Part shown: positions 1 through 12,864 of the stretch, piece after piece | Layout of the letters: the number at the start of each line of letters is the position of its first letter | How positions within the stretch are numbered: position 1 is the stretch's first letter | Source of the DNA: Marsupella aquatica | Taxonomy: Eukaryota > Plantae > Marchantiophyta | Length of the DNA stretch: 64,000 nt | Direction of reading: 5' to 3' | NCBI GenBank assembly: GCA_973895155.1 | Contig: OZ316891.1 | Location: 30,325,112 to 30,389,111 of the forward strand | Made by a program: the position numbers and the translations under genes | Notes under the pieces: model-generated | What the model was told of the DNA's origin: nothing | Databases searched by the model: none | Seen by the model: the letters and a program-made list of their open reading frames with translations, nothing else

Positions 1-69
1 AGAGAGTAAACAATAATAATTGAACCACAACTACATACAGAGTAGGCATTTTCAGCGATGGAATTAAAA

Positions 70-3000
70 TTAGAGGTAACCTGGGTTTCCGAAGGGATTT
101 CCAAATGGATTGTTTGGTTGCTGTGGCTGGCCAGGAACACCTGGCGGAAGAGCTTGAGGATATTGAGGAACGCCAGGAGGAGGCCCAAAAGGGGTGGCAA
201 ATGGATTAGCAACAGGAGGGCCAGCATACGGTGGTTGCATCATCATTTGCTGTTGCGTCATATGTGCCATCTGGACATTGGGTGGAGGTGCTACCCTGTG
301 AGAAGCCATGAATGGGTCATGATGGACAAAGCCACCATCAAAAGGATTGGGTGCCCCTACTGGGAGAGAGTTATAGCTATTGGGAGCCTGCCCATATGTT
401 GTGGGACGCCGTGTCATGCCATCATCGTAAAGAGCATCAAGCAAAAGATTATCCCATCCACCAGCCTGCAAAACAGTCTCGATTCTCAGAACAAACAACT
501 TCCAAATCTCTAAGTGAATTAAGCAACACGGTCCGATGGTATAACATATCCAGATATGTTGTTTCCAACCAGCTACACCCCCCTGTTACTGACAGACCTA
601 GGTTGACCTCTTCTCCTGCAATAAACAGATTCTGCAATACTAAATTGTACCTACTTCAAGCCGAAGTGAATCATAATGCTGTAAGTTAGCTTGTGCGTTG
701 GAATTGGAGCCGTGTAGTAAACAACACTCTACGGCATTCACCAGAGAACTTCTATGGAAACCTCGATCAATAAGATAGTGAGGAAAGTGTATTAACAACG
801 TAAATGAGGTAGCGTCATGTCATACCAGTTTGCTGCCGGCAGCAGTGCTGCCATTGCTGCTTGGGGTTGTGACGAGAGCAAGTTCCCAGCCGGTAGCGCT
901 TCCGTCAAAGCCACCATTTGTACCATGTGAGCCTCCAGTTCCATTTGTAGATGGGCCTGAACGGTTACAAAACGTCTTACTCTCAGATGCAAGTTACTTC
1001 CAGCTCAAGATGAGGCTAGTCCGTAAGAGATGGGAAAAGCATGAGAATTCTTCCTTTCCACAAAAAAATGTTTCATCCTCAGTGGGAAGATATAAAGTAC
1101 AAGTATTCCTCTAGCTACCTGCAGGAACAATAGCCAGAGCCAGCGCATTCTGGTCTTCGAGATGACTGGGACTTGGTAGCGCGTCACCTAAGCCCTGCAG
1201 TAAAGACAGTTCAATCGTAATTATCTGATTTGACATGCAACAACTTTGACTATCGAAAAGGTGTTCCCGGAAAAAACGAAGTGGATGGTTCAGGATAATC
1301 ATGGTCAGAAAATACATACCAGGAGATCAGTTTCAACCTCTGGTGGTGGAGGTGGAGGTAGAACCTCCTTTGCTACCGGTTCTGGTGCAGCTCGAGGCGA
1401 TGCATCCTGTTGCTCCGGTTCTTCAAATTCAGGCGTAGGAGAAACAGGTCGTATACGTGTCGGCTCTGGATAATACTCCTGTGGCAAACAACATATTGAT
1501 ATGAAACCAATGTGCTCTCCATGGAAGCAATCAATATAATAACTACGAAGACAAACATGATCTATCTTCTTAAGGATACTTGAATGAACCCAGAGATCAT
1601 ATGCAGAAACTATGATCAATAGTGTAGAGGCACGTCAAGGTGAAAACACAGTTGTGAATCAGCCATGACGAGTCCCATTTAGAAAAACATATTGGGCCTT
1701 ATTCTCCTGATTTGCAATCAAGAGTTTTAGACGATCAGCTTGACCATGCACTGCAGTGATAATATGTCACCACTGACTTGATCAGATATGGACAAGTCCG
1801 GGGCACACCATTATACAATACTGTACAATGTCGTTCTGCCACCAGTCTCTGCAATTACAATGGTAATCACAAAACCATAGCTCATCCGGGAAGCTCTTCA
1901 CAACTGGCCCAGATCAAGTTGGCCGTGTCTTCCCTAAGCGGACAAGAGATCTTAAATTAACAGAGTTGCGACCTACAATTGCCTTAATGGGGCCATCGGA
2001 CACTCGTGGAGCCTCCTTCACATACTGCTCCATGGTGGAAAGGAATGACTGTGGAGGCTGCAATACAGGCAAAGTAAGAGTCAACATTCTTTCTCGCAGC
2101 CGGTTGATTTTGATTTGCCTACACACTTTTCTTGACAAAAGTGGGACAGAACAATCTCCATAAGCCGTCATCAGTTGCTAGATTAACAATTATGGACAAC
2201 ATTACCACCTGATGCTGAATTTCAAAACGATTTCCATGCTCTTTTCACGATAATGTGCAAGGAGGGGTAATGAATTGGGAAAATAACTTTTACGGGGACC
2301 TTGGAAGCAATCCATACATTTACAACTGAGTAATAAAAAGAATATTACTGAAGTATTGACAACCAGAAACTGCAACGTTGTACTTACTGTTCATCCTAGG
2401 TACTTCGAAAAAACGACCTCAATGGATGCTAGATGCCAAACGGAGTCTAAATGTTCTGTCCAAAGATTAGGTTTGAGAAGAGAAAAGTAACTCCCCTACC
2501 TGCTCAAGAGTTGGAAACTGGAAGCTGCGAGCTAACTCAAGGGTCTTGCAGACCTCATAAAATTCAGATAGTCTTTCAGCCTGTCAGAAGGGCCAAAACA
2601 CCATCATTGATTTTGTTCACAATTTGTCATCTCTCCAAGATCATAAAGCAGGATGGATCCTGTTTAGCACCGTTACCAAGCTCCTCGACTTGGTCATGCA
2701 CTACACGGCTATATTGATTTATTGCTCTACTGCTATCACACTGAAGAGACCACGACAGTCACTTGACCAGCGTAGCACCCAAGATGGAGATGCAGACAAA
2801 TCCTCAGTTTCTGACGATGGAACGCACCTGTTGCCCTGCTTTCTTGTAGATATCCAAAGCTTTAATTGCATCATGACGTTGCATCTCAAAAAACTGCGGT
2901 CCAAAATTCATTATCAGAGCACTTCAAGACGGTGGCCCACATGTGGGCAAGAACAGGCATAATTCATTTTCACCCCAGGCAAGAGATCAAGAGAATAAAA

Positions 3001-5383
3001 TGACAACCTTATCCACCAAATTGATGATGCCATCGTTTATTGCACGGTAAAGCTTGAAACTCTCCTTCAGGACCTGTACAATTTAGCAAAACGAGTCATC
3101 ATAATGACGTTGCGATCACTCTTGACCCACCCTAATCAAGCGTTCATCGGTAAAAACAGAGGCCAAAACAAGGTTCACGTAGGAGAAGATTTGAAAGAAT
3201 TGGCAGCACCTACCAATCCTAATGCAGCTTGAATACAGTAATTGCCGACAGCTGCTCCTTCAGGCTGTAGACAATTGCGATGTTAGCAGACTAAGAAAAC
3301 ACACCGCAAATATTCACTAACACAATTCAGACGAAAAGCGTCTCAATGGGAGTAGGACGCAACTCCAAGCAATGATGGAAGGCAAACTTGAGTATCCCTA
3401 ACAAACAGCTTGAAGTCATAAGAATACAGCCGAGGTTTGGTGTAAGGGATTAAAGCGCAAAAATGTTCCCACCTGACAATCCATGAGGCGACGCAACAAT
3501 TGCTGTAAGGCAGGAAGATGCTCCAACAATTCGAGGGTATCCAGTTCTCTTGTCCTACTATGCCCCTGTCATGCCAAATTTTAAATTAACCTAATATGAA
3601 AGTCGCAATTATGGACAGTAGCTTGATGCATGCAGAACATGAAGTGTGGTCAGGTGTTTAAACTTACCGATGAACGCTCTGTCTCCACATCGTATTTCAG
3701 TACACGAAACGACTCCAGACGCTCCTCCAGAAACAGCGCATAAGTCCGGACCCACGCAGAGTAGTCCCAAGCTGGATGCAAGAACAGTTTAAAAAATGAA
3801 ATTCAACTCGAGAACGATAAGATTACACAAAATCATCCTCAACCAGAACAAAAGAAACGTTGTTTACCATTTGGACTCGAATCATCCTTGAAGTTAGACA
3901 TATTCAGAAGATGACCCCTGCTGCGAGAATAATTGATCAGTTCCTCGCGAAAAGTGGGATCTCCTTCCCTTAAGGTGCGGTGAATTACCATCATTGACTT
4001 TAGCGCGACCTGAAGAGGGCAACCATGACCAAGACGACATTAGGTTAATAGCACTGATCAAGCAAAAAGGTTCAGTGAAAATTCCGTATTCGGAACTGGG
4101 CGTACAGTCCATCAAACCACAAATCTACCGGGTACCGTGGTCAACGGTAGCACTCAGACAAACAGCTCGCTGACTGAGTTCAGAAAGGAGTGGTGCACAA
4201 GCCTTTTCCCATCTTTCTGCAGTGCTCTGCGCTTTTTTGTTACTGACCAGGAGAATCGGCAAAAAGCAAAACATAATGACTGGAGGTTGAACCCTCCGAA
4301 ATCTATTAGGAACTCGTCTAGCCAACTTCGGAATTGCCATTTCATGCGATTCCCAATCGAGCCCAGCTGCTGATCTTGAGACCACAACTCGTGAATATCC
4401 ACCAATTCATCATTCCAGAATGCTAAACAGGCTAAGAGAAGGCGAGAGGGGGCTTGGCATAGCTTACAGTCCAATTATGAGTTTTCGCTATCCGCCTGGC
4501 CAGGGCGTGTATGCAGTACGCAACATCTGCACGGGGTCTTGATGCTGCTGTAGCCGCAAATATGGCTGTTGTAGATGCAAACAACACAAGCATTAGAATT
4601 TCGATATCTCCTGATTCATTACTGGGATCTACAATCCTGAAAAAATCTATACTCCAGTAGATCTAATATTGGAGGGGGAGGGGGGTCGGTCAGAAATGCC
4701 GGACTCCACGATCAAACTTCGACGAGCAGAATAACCCGCGAGGTGTGTTGCCCCGATCGTCAACTTCTTCTAAAAACCTGATCGACATAGTGTTATGCGC
4801 CGTGAAACCTTCTAGCCAAAACGATCTGAACTTCCGAGGTGTGGCCAAATAATGCATGTGTGGACATATTGAGGCAAGAATCATCCATGTAAATCAGATC
4901 CCGTGCTGAATCGGATCCACCGACAACGGATAAGTCGCCATACTCACTTCGGACATGTTTTTCTTTTGGAGGGCATTCGACATGATTTGTTGCCTTAACG
5001 ACAGCAATGTCCAAATCCTGCCACAGCGAGGGCTCATATTAGGAGATAATCGTCTTGTGCAACGAATGTTTGCACTCGACGAACTACGAAAAATCGGTAA
5101 AATCAGCCCGACAGTGTGTATTCCTTCACATCTGGCCTTTCTGTACAGCTCAACTTACATGTACAAGGACAATCTCCCAACACTCAAAACACTTTCATTC
5201 CAGAAACTCAGACAAATGGATACTCTGACGAAAACTACCGGCATAACCAAAACCCTAAGACGGAAGAAAGCAGGCATTTCGAACCTTATAGTCGCTGTTA
5301 ACTTTCGCCAATCCAACTTTCGTGGAGTCCTTAATCGCTCCGAGTGCTTTCCTGAGGCTCTGCTGCGTCGATCCCCCTGCCAT
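70..5383 (-). CDS. ANTH/AP180 (PICALM-like) clathrin assembly protein, multi-exon
   Basis: Exon 1 (5383-5285) reads [33 protein letters not shown]. Exon 2 (5017-4948) reads [23 protein letters not shown]. Later exons give [69 protein letters not shown] and [18 protein letters not shown]. The last exon has LLLDALYDD and NPF repeats and stops at TAA 72-70. GT-AG junctions. Confidence 0.95.
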
Positions 5384-6581
5384 GCCGACCTACACGGTCC
5401 ACAAGAAGGGACAGCAGTCACTCTTCCTTCGGAACCTCGTCCGTCTGCGATCCTTGCCGGATCACCAAGCCCGCGCTGGCATCTCTACGGTTCGACTCCC
5501 ATCATCGCTACAAACCCTAACACCACCATGTTCCTGTCAATCGAACCCAATATTCCGCTTCGAATCGCTCGCTCGCTCGCTCGCTCGATCGATCGATTGA
5601 CCGATCCAAAAACTCTCCACCCGATCGACTTCTCCGCCTACCTGCCTCCACCTACCAAATCGATCGAGAGCTCTCCGATTCACTCCACCACAACTCCTTT
5701 CCCCTGCTACTCCCTTATCGATTGCCTGCTCACCTGTTTCTCCGTCTCTCTCTCTCTCTCTCTCTCTTCGTTCAACCTCCAACCCCCGGATTTCGACTAG
5801 GTACTCCCTTCAGATCTACCGCGCGAGGACAATCCAGTCCGTGCCTTCGCCCGACCGACGACCACTCGTTCCCTGCCTGCCTACCTTTCCACCAGAAGGA
5901 AGAAGCGTGCGAAATCGCAGCATCCTTCGATTCCCCCCCCCCCGACCAAAACGAAGCCAAACCTCGAGACCCCTCTCTCTCTCTCTCGCTATCTCTCTCT
6001 GTGTCGACTTCGACTCGAGAGTCGAAGAGCGGGGCTGGGGCCACAAGGAGGAAAAGAGCCGGAGGAACGGAGCCGGAGCCACAAGGGGGGCAGGGGCGGG
6101 GCCAGGAGGGGCCGGCGGGGCTGACTGCCGGGCGTCGTTCTGCTCTGTCATTTCCAGCGCACGGACTTCCGACGTGGCGTCATGTGCTTGGTGGATGTAG
6201 ACTAATTGAAAAAAAAGGCGTGTCAGGTTGGCCCAATCAGTGGGGTTCCCCTCTAGTGGAGGCTCTTCATATCCCCGGCCCCCGTCGTCCAGGGCCTTGG
6301 CTGCTTGATGACGGAGTGAGTTCAATTCAGTTGCCTTGACCACTGACCGGCCCCCTGTAAGGTACCGGGTGGATTCGAAGATTCTTCCATTATGTGCCGT
6401 GGATCTGCCCCATCGGAGAAATTCAGGACGAAAGACAACTTCGAGGCTCATAATGAGTCTCCTGTACCTTTTCACCACCCGTTGCCCGCATCTTCTTCTC
6501 CTCGTTCATATTTTTTCTAAGTGTAAATAGAAGGTGAATGATCCCCACTTTTGGGTGGGGTGATTGACAAAAGTCGCACAT

Positions 6582-6656
6582 TGCCACTAGCAGGATTCGA
6601 ACCGGGAACCTGCCCCGTGCCAGTGAGCTCCCTCGACCACGAGGACTAGGGGCAGC
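6582..6656 (-). other. Degenerate tRNA-like sequence (pseudo-tRNA or SINE head)
   Basis: Minus strand has an A-box-like TAGTCCTCGTGG and a perfect B-box GGTTCGAATCC at tRNA spacing. The stems are mismatched. Confidence 0.45.
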
Positions 6657-9600
6657 TAGTATCCAAAACGACTCACCCCAGGTATTTATCCTTATTCAAA
6701 CGTCCGTAATACTGGGCAGCGGGCAGCATGGTACAGGGCTAATCAATGATAATCTCATTAATTAGCCTCGATCTTGAGGTTCGTCTCTAATATCGGAGAA
6801 CTTGTTCGCCAATTTATTGTCGGTACCACGAAATTACAGGGGCACCCACCTCCTGAGTCTTGCTTCTGGGCACCAAAAATGGACAATTTATGAAGTTATC
6901 CTCAAAAGTTACCAAATCTAGGAAAGTGTTCTTAAAGGCACTGGTCTGACTCGAGAATCTGACTTCAATTCTGTGCCATGAATCCACCCGATGGACAATT
7001 CCTTTCAGCCAATTGAGTAGGGCGTCTCAAATTTCTTTGTTTTGCCTCCGGTCTCAGTTTAGGGAGTTTTCCTGGAAAAAAATGGCAGTCAAGGAAAAAC
7101 TTGTCTGCACAAGCATTGTCAAAAACCTAAATTGGTACGTGCTTTCAGGCCAAACTCCCACTCGTGGTAATCGTTCACCACCCTCACCATGGCCAATTCT
7201 GAAGAGCACTGGCATGAATGGAGTCCTAACATCAAATTTGTCCGCCAGTTTTTCTGGCGGACAAGGTGGGTGCCATGAAATTACCAAGGCACCCACCTCC
7301 TGCCCCTTGTCCAAAACCAAAGTGGACAACTATCCACAGAAGTTACCAAATTTATCAATGTTTGAAAAATTACAAAATTATCTGCCCCCTATTTTTCCAA
7401 TAGCAAGTGTTCATTAGGACATTTTTTGTAAGGTTTTCTCTTTTTTAGCGAGGTGGCGAATGTCACCTTGCATGAAGGAGAGATGCTAAGAATGTTCTGA
7501 TCTAATGTTCTGACCGTTAGATCTCCCTAGAGTTAGGGATAGTTGTCAGATCTGGCTAATAGGGTCTGTGCCTAGGTGGGAGCCATTACAAAAAGCCTCA
7601 CAATTTTTCTGAAAAGTGGCAAAAACTTTTTAGTGAAGTGGAATTTGGCAATTTCGTGCGCCAGAAAGTCTTGTAGTTCACTACCCTGACCATCGCCATT
7701 TGAAAGCAAAACCAAAGTAAGTACCATCTTGGTTTTTCCCCTTTGTGAAATCAATAGGGTTGTCTTAAATTTGCTCTTTCATTTTTCTCAGTCAGCCGCT
7801 GTAGGAAATATCTATTTGCAACCCTGACTAAAACCCATCTTTTGGGTAAATTTTACCCAAGAGGTTAGAGACGGGTCACAACACCTGCTTGAGGGTTAAC
7901 TCAACATCTGAAGAGTGACAACTATTCTCGAAGGGCACCAACACATTTGTGCCAACTTATTTCCAGTGCGAAGCACCGGAGTATTGACCACTGAGTTAGT
8001 GCTGGTAACATTTTTTGGGACCACAGATTTCTAACCTGTGACCTGGCCTGCAGCATTCCCCTCATGGAAAACCTCCACAGAACAGCTGGTTTGAGATACC
8101 CTTGTAAAGAAACAAGGGACACTTGTATCACCGTCCTGACCATGGCCCTTTGAAAGCAATTAAAGCAAAAACATGTACCCATTATGTTTTGTTCTTTTGT
8201 GAGTCAACATAGAACGACAGACAACTGTTGTCTTGTTGTGAGAAACAAGAAACGTTGGACACATCTTGGCTCCATAGAACAATCAATCATATTTTTGTTA
8301 ACTTTAAATGTTAGGGAAGTTTGGGTGATTTTGAAAATTATGAGGACAATTTGGTGAATTTCACATAGCTATCAATCTGAGGATTTGTTTGTAAACTTTA
8401 AACCTTGATTTGTAAGGATAATCTGCCAAATTTCATGACTAGAAAATACAACTTAGAAGTACTTAAGAGAGCAATGGCACAACAATTTGTCTTTACAAAC
8501 AAAGGAGACTGGGCACACCTGCACTCAATCAGAGAGGTATTTCTTGGTAAATTTTAGATTTTAAGGAATTATGGGCTATTTAGAGGATTTTTGGGGGTGA
8601 TTTATAGGCAAAGTGAGGGCTCTACACAAACAATAGTGTTGTCTCTCAATGGTGTGTAGGGAGAAACAAAAAGTGTGAATGGAAATTGTGGGGTGAAATG
8701 TCCTCTACAGGAGAAGCTGTCAGGCGAAGCAAATGTCCAAATGAAAGTTATTTACATACACTTTGCATCATAAATGACACAAAATCCACTTTCCACCTAC
8801 CCATGCCCTGAGTAACATACGATCGTTTCTAAAGTACGTGCCTTCCATGATTTTCCCCTTTGAATTTTCAGTCCATTCTTGGAGGAAAGTATGTCAAGAT
8901 TTGGATCACCTCTTTAGTAGGACTCTCCTTTACTTTTCTCACATGCTTCAAGAATATTAAGGTCCTATTTCTAGAGCATTAATATGGTGAATAAAAGCCC
9001 CTCAAAACACCAAGCATCCCACAACATCTTGTAAACAGGAAGTTATTATATACTTAATGCCCATTTCACAATATTTCTATTTGTATTTTCAGGGCATTGT
9101 GGAGCATAATGCCCCTGTCAAGATCTGGGTCATCTCTTTAGTAAATTTCTACTCAATTTTTACTAATCAAAGTCTTGGATCCTACTTTTGGATCATTATA
9201 GGTAATAATAACCCCTCAAACTTGAGCTGAAACTCTCAATTTTGGAGACCTTATATCCCAGAATGTTTCCCACACAGGACTTTACTGTTTTCTAATTTTT
9301 TTGGAACTAAATGTTCATTATCCACCAGGAAGACATCCCACAATATGCCTTGTAAATAAAATATTAATATACAGTAAGAATTAAATATAAATATCGCTCT
9401 TATTATCCGGAAGATATTCCATACTCCCCTGTCAACAGGAATTTATTATATACTAAAAAATTCAATAAATAAATAATTATGTTATCCATATTGCCCGGGA
9501 GAGAAGTGGCATGACGCGCAGCACTCCCGGGGCCCCGTCGGACATCTTATTGTTGTCCTGAGCTTAGCCCCAAATAATCTGCTCGAAGACCTCGCTTCCT

Positions 9601-9835
9601 GGCCGCTATTATGACGGCATCAGTCAGGCGGATATGCTTTGCCAAATCCGGGCGGGTGAAGCGGCCCGTGATTTGCCCCGGGGAATATTACCGCTGTCCT
9701 CCAAAATGGCAGCCCCGCCAACAATAATAATAATATAACTGCGTCAGTGTACTCAAAAACTGGACAATACTGTACTCGAATTCACCGAAGTACCGAACTG
9801 TCCTGTAGACCGTGCGTTCGTACCGCCTGCTTCTG

Positions 9836-9892
9836 GGGTCAATCCATCCAACCAGGGTCAATCCATCCAACCAGGGTCAGTCCATCCAACCA
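9836..9892 (+). repeat. 3 x 19-bp tandem repeat GGGTCAATCCATCCAACCA, with an inverted copy at 10711-10731
   Basis: Direct reading of the sequence. Confidence 0.85.
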
Positions 9893-9985
9893 GGGACCCT
9901 CGTTTCGTCCCATAGCAGACTGGCGGTGCCTGGGTCTGTGGAGGGCTTAATTCAATAGGGGAATTATTGGGAACTATATTTGTTA

Positions 9986-10417
9986 GGGCGTCTCAAACCT
10001 TGGGTATTTGCTTGTGGTCGTATGAAGTTTCTAGAAAAAAATGGCAAACACAAAAATCAGTGACTGGACTGTCAAAAATCCTGCAGCTCAAAGTTTGGGA
10101 TCTCATTGTTGTGACAATGACAGCCATCTGGCAAACACCTATCAACATTGCTGATGCATATTCTACCTTGTCTACAACTCACTACCATCACCCTCACAAT
10201 GGGCTATGTTCCAATCCCATCAGAATATGATTTAGACGGCTTCCAGAACTCTCGTTTATTATAATGGCGACACAAACCATTAAGTCCGCAAAAAAATTGT
10301 AGGCCAGAAAGTATCTGTTTCAATCTGCGGTCACAAGTTTTTTGTGTTCATCACTTTAGTTCACGGAAAACTACCTTGACCGTGACCAGAGGCAAAACTC
10401 AGAGGTTTGAGAGGCCC
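9986..10417. mobile_element. MITE-like TIR element
   Basis: Termini GGGCGTCTCAAACCT and AGGTTTGAGAGGCCC, flanked by TA on both sides. No convincing ORF. Confidence 0.6.
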
Positions 10418-10423
10418 TATGAA

Positions 10424-10678
10424 GGGGTCTCAAATATGATTTGCAGGCAATCTCAAGACAGTACATACATGGCCAGAAATGTGCAGCCCTCATAGAGCCT
10501 AGCCAGCACACTTGCGTTCTGGGATTTTACTATTCTCGGCTGGCCGGTCCCCCCACAATATCCTGGCTGTTACTCTACCCCCAAATTATGAACTCAGAAA
10601 ATCTAGGCATGAGTCAAACTCACCAGCAGGCCAAATTATAAATTCACAAATAGCAAAAGATCCAAAATTTGAGACCCC
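10424..10678. mobile_element. Second MITE-like element of a related TIR family
   Basis: 12-bp perfect TIR GGGGTCTCAAAT ... ATTTGAGACCCC. Confidence 0.55.
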
Positions 10679-12793
10679 CGGTTACAGCCCTTTACATGTT
10701 TTGCCTTAAACCCTGGTTGGATGGATTGACCATGGTCAGGTGACGGTGGCAGATTGGCGGTGCTATCCGTCTCGATTCTCGAGTCTGTTATCCAGATTCT
10801 GCTCTGTCGTGAGAGGTTTCGAGGAAGTCAACAGAAAAACCCTGTCGTAATTTATATTATCTAGACCAATTCGATTCCGGGCTTTTCGTTCCGGTTGATC
10901 AGTCTTGCAAGTGAGTATTTCAACACACGACTGTAGTGACTGTAGTGAAGGAAGGAATGTTTTTTCTGTAGAAGTGGTTTGTTTTGATCGGAGCATTTGG
11001 GAATTGTGGGAAGCAGCAAAGCGCATCAATGGTGTTTGGGTCGTTGATCTGAATATGTTTACCGAGATTTCCCATCTGTGGGTTCCCTCCTTACTTGTGT
11101 AATTACTCTGCTTTTTTTGGAAAATTGCATGGAATTGCTTGTCTGTCATCGATCCGCTCTGTCCAATTCGGTGGCTTCTTTTCCGTGCTTTTGATGGTTT
11201 GCCAGATTGATGAAGCCAACTTTTGGCTCTTTACGAGATTTCCAGCTTTCATCTGTCACCTTTCACCTTTTTCCATCGTGCTTTCTGAGATCTGAGTCAA
11301 TGTTTCTCAACGACTTTTGCTGGTGGGCCATAACCTAAAACAGATTAAAAAATTATAGAATAGAGCCAGGGAGGGAAACGGAGAAAATGTGTGTGTGATC
11401 CAAGCATGGGGGAGGAAGGATGTTCCAGAACAGTCTGCGACAGGAAGGATCGAGGACAGTAACAAGCTACGCTGGAAGAGTCTGTTTGTGCTTTCAGCAC
11501 GTGAGGATCGAGTGCGTTACAGTGATTTTGATCAAAGGACAAATATGAACATACAACAAAAGGAAAATAACCCAAACAAAGGTCTGTCATGTGAGGTTCT
11601 GTTTGAAATACAGGAATTCAGGTCTGGGAAGGTGCTGTAGCAGTAACAGCTTGAAACTGCCAGGGAGGGTTTGTGTGCCAGCTGATTTTTAGTTTATTCA
11701 GTTCTCATGGCATCTCTGCCGTAGCTTTCAATCCAAGAGTGCTTTCCATTGTCAAGCACTATTTGATAGTAGTTTGCTCTAATATGAGTGGGCTTGTAAA
11801 TTATTTTCCAGATCTGATCTCATATTTGCAGCTATTCGTATCTACTCTACGCACTGGCTGTGGCCCAGCATGGATATGATCCACATTTTCTATAGCAAAT
11901 CCCATCTCAATTGTAGATACTAGCTGTGACCCAGCACGGTTACGAATGCATGACAAAGTCCCATTCAGGTAAAAGAAAATTCTGCGACGATGATCAAAGT
12001 TGTTTTAAGTGTAGTAAATCTTGACCTTTGATTTGAAAATAATTGGTCAATTTTGATTTCTCTTTCTCGTTGTCTTTTCGCATTTCTTGTCAACATAAGA
12101 TGAAGGCCATATTTTGATGTTTCTTCGTCATATGCCCTTGCTATTTTGCGTTGCTAACCATCTGTGTCTACACACTACAGTATCCAATCCCGCGATCGTC
12201 TGTTAACGAATTGACAGCTAGGCAGGAAGAAACCCTGGTCAATCGTTGACAATTTGTTTTGTCGTCACCCTTCGATCAGCCAAAAACACCTCCCTGCCCG
12301 CCTGAGCTAATCGTGCCCGGCAGGGGCATTGGGCTCGTTTCCCTACAGCACAGTAAGGTCCTTGAAATTAGACATTACGGTACAGTAAGATACCTTCACT
12401 ACTACGAAGTCCATTCCTGAGTTCGGACAACAGTCCTTTCATTAATTGATAAAATCGCCAAGATTACCATGATGATGCCGACGACATTTAAGCGAGATCT
12501 TGCTTAGCAATTCGTGATAATTTGTGTGATAAGCACAATACCAGATTGCAAACCAAACACATTGGCAACTGACGCTTATCAACTTCCCAAACCTTGAGCA
12601 TTGTAGTTGGTAGACATCAGAGTGCTCAATTAACTCCTCTTGGCTGCACTAGCTTCCTGATCGATGATTGCTGGTATGATATTAGTCTCGTCCAATGTTC
12701 GTTGGAAACAAACAATGGTTGAGGCAGATTTGAACGATGTGCAAATGTACAACCATTACAGAGAATGGAAGTATAGAATTGAATTGGAGAGAT

Positions 12794-12864
12794 GAGGAGA
12801 GGAGAGGAGAGGAGAGGAGAGGAGAGGAGAGGAGAGGAGAGGAGAGGAGAGGAGAGGAGAGGAG
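12794..12864 (+). repeat. (GAGGA)n pentanucleotide microsatellite
   Basis: Direct reading. Confidence 0.95.

Noticed and set aside
4955-6478. Long ORFs 4955-5800 (+), 5722-6339 (+) and 5816-6478 (-)
   Set aside because: They overlap the ANTH first exons, 5' UTR and GC-rich promoter with CT microsatellites, and show no recognisable protein features.
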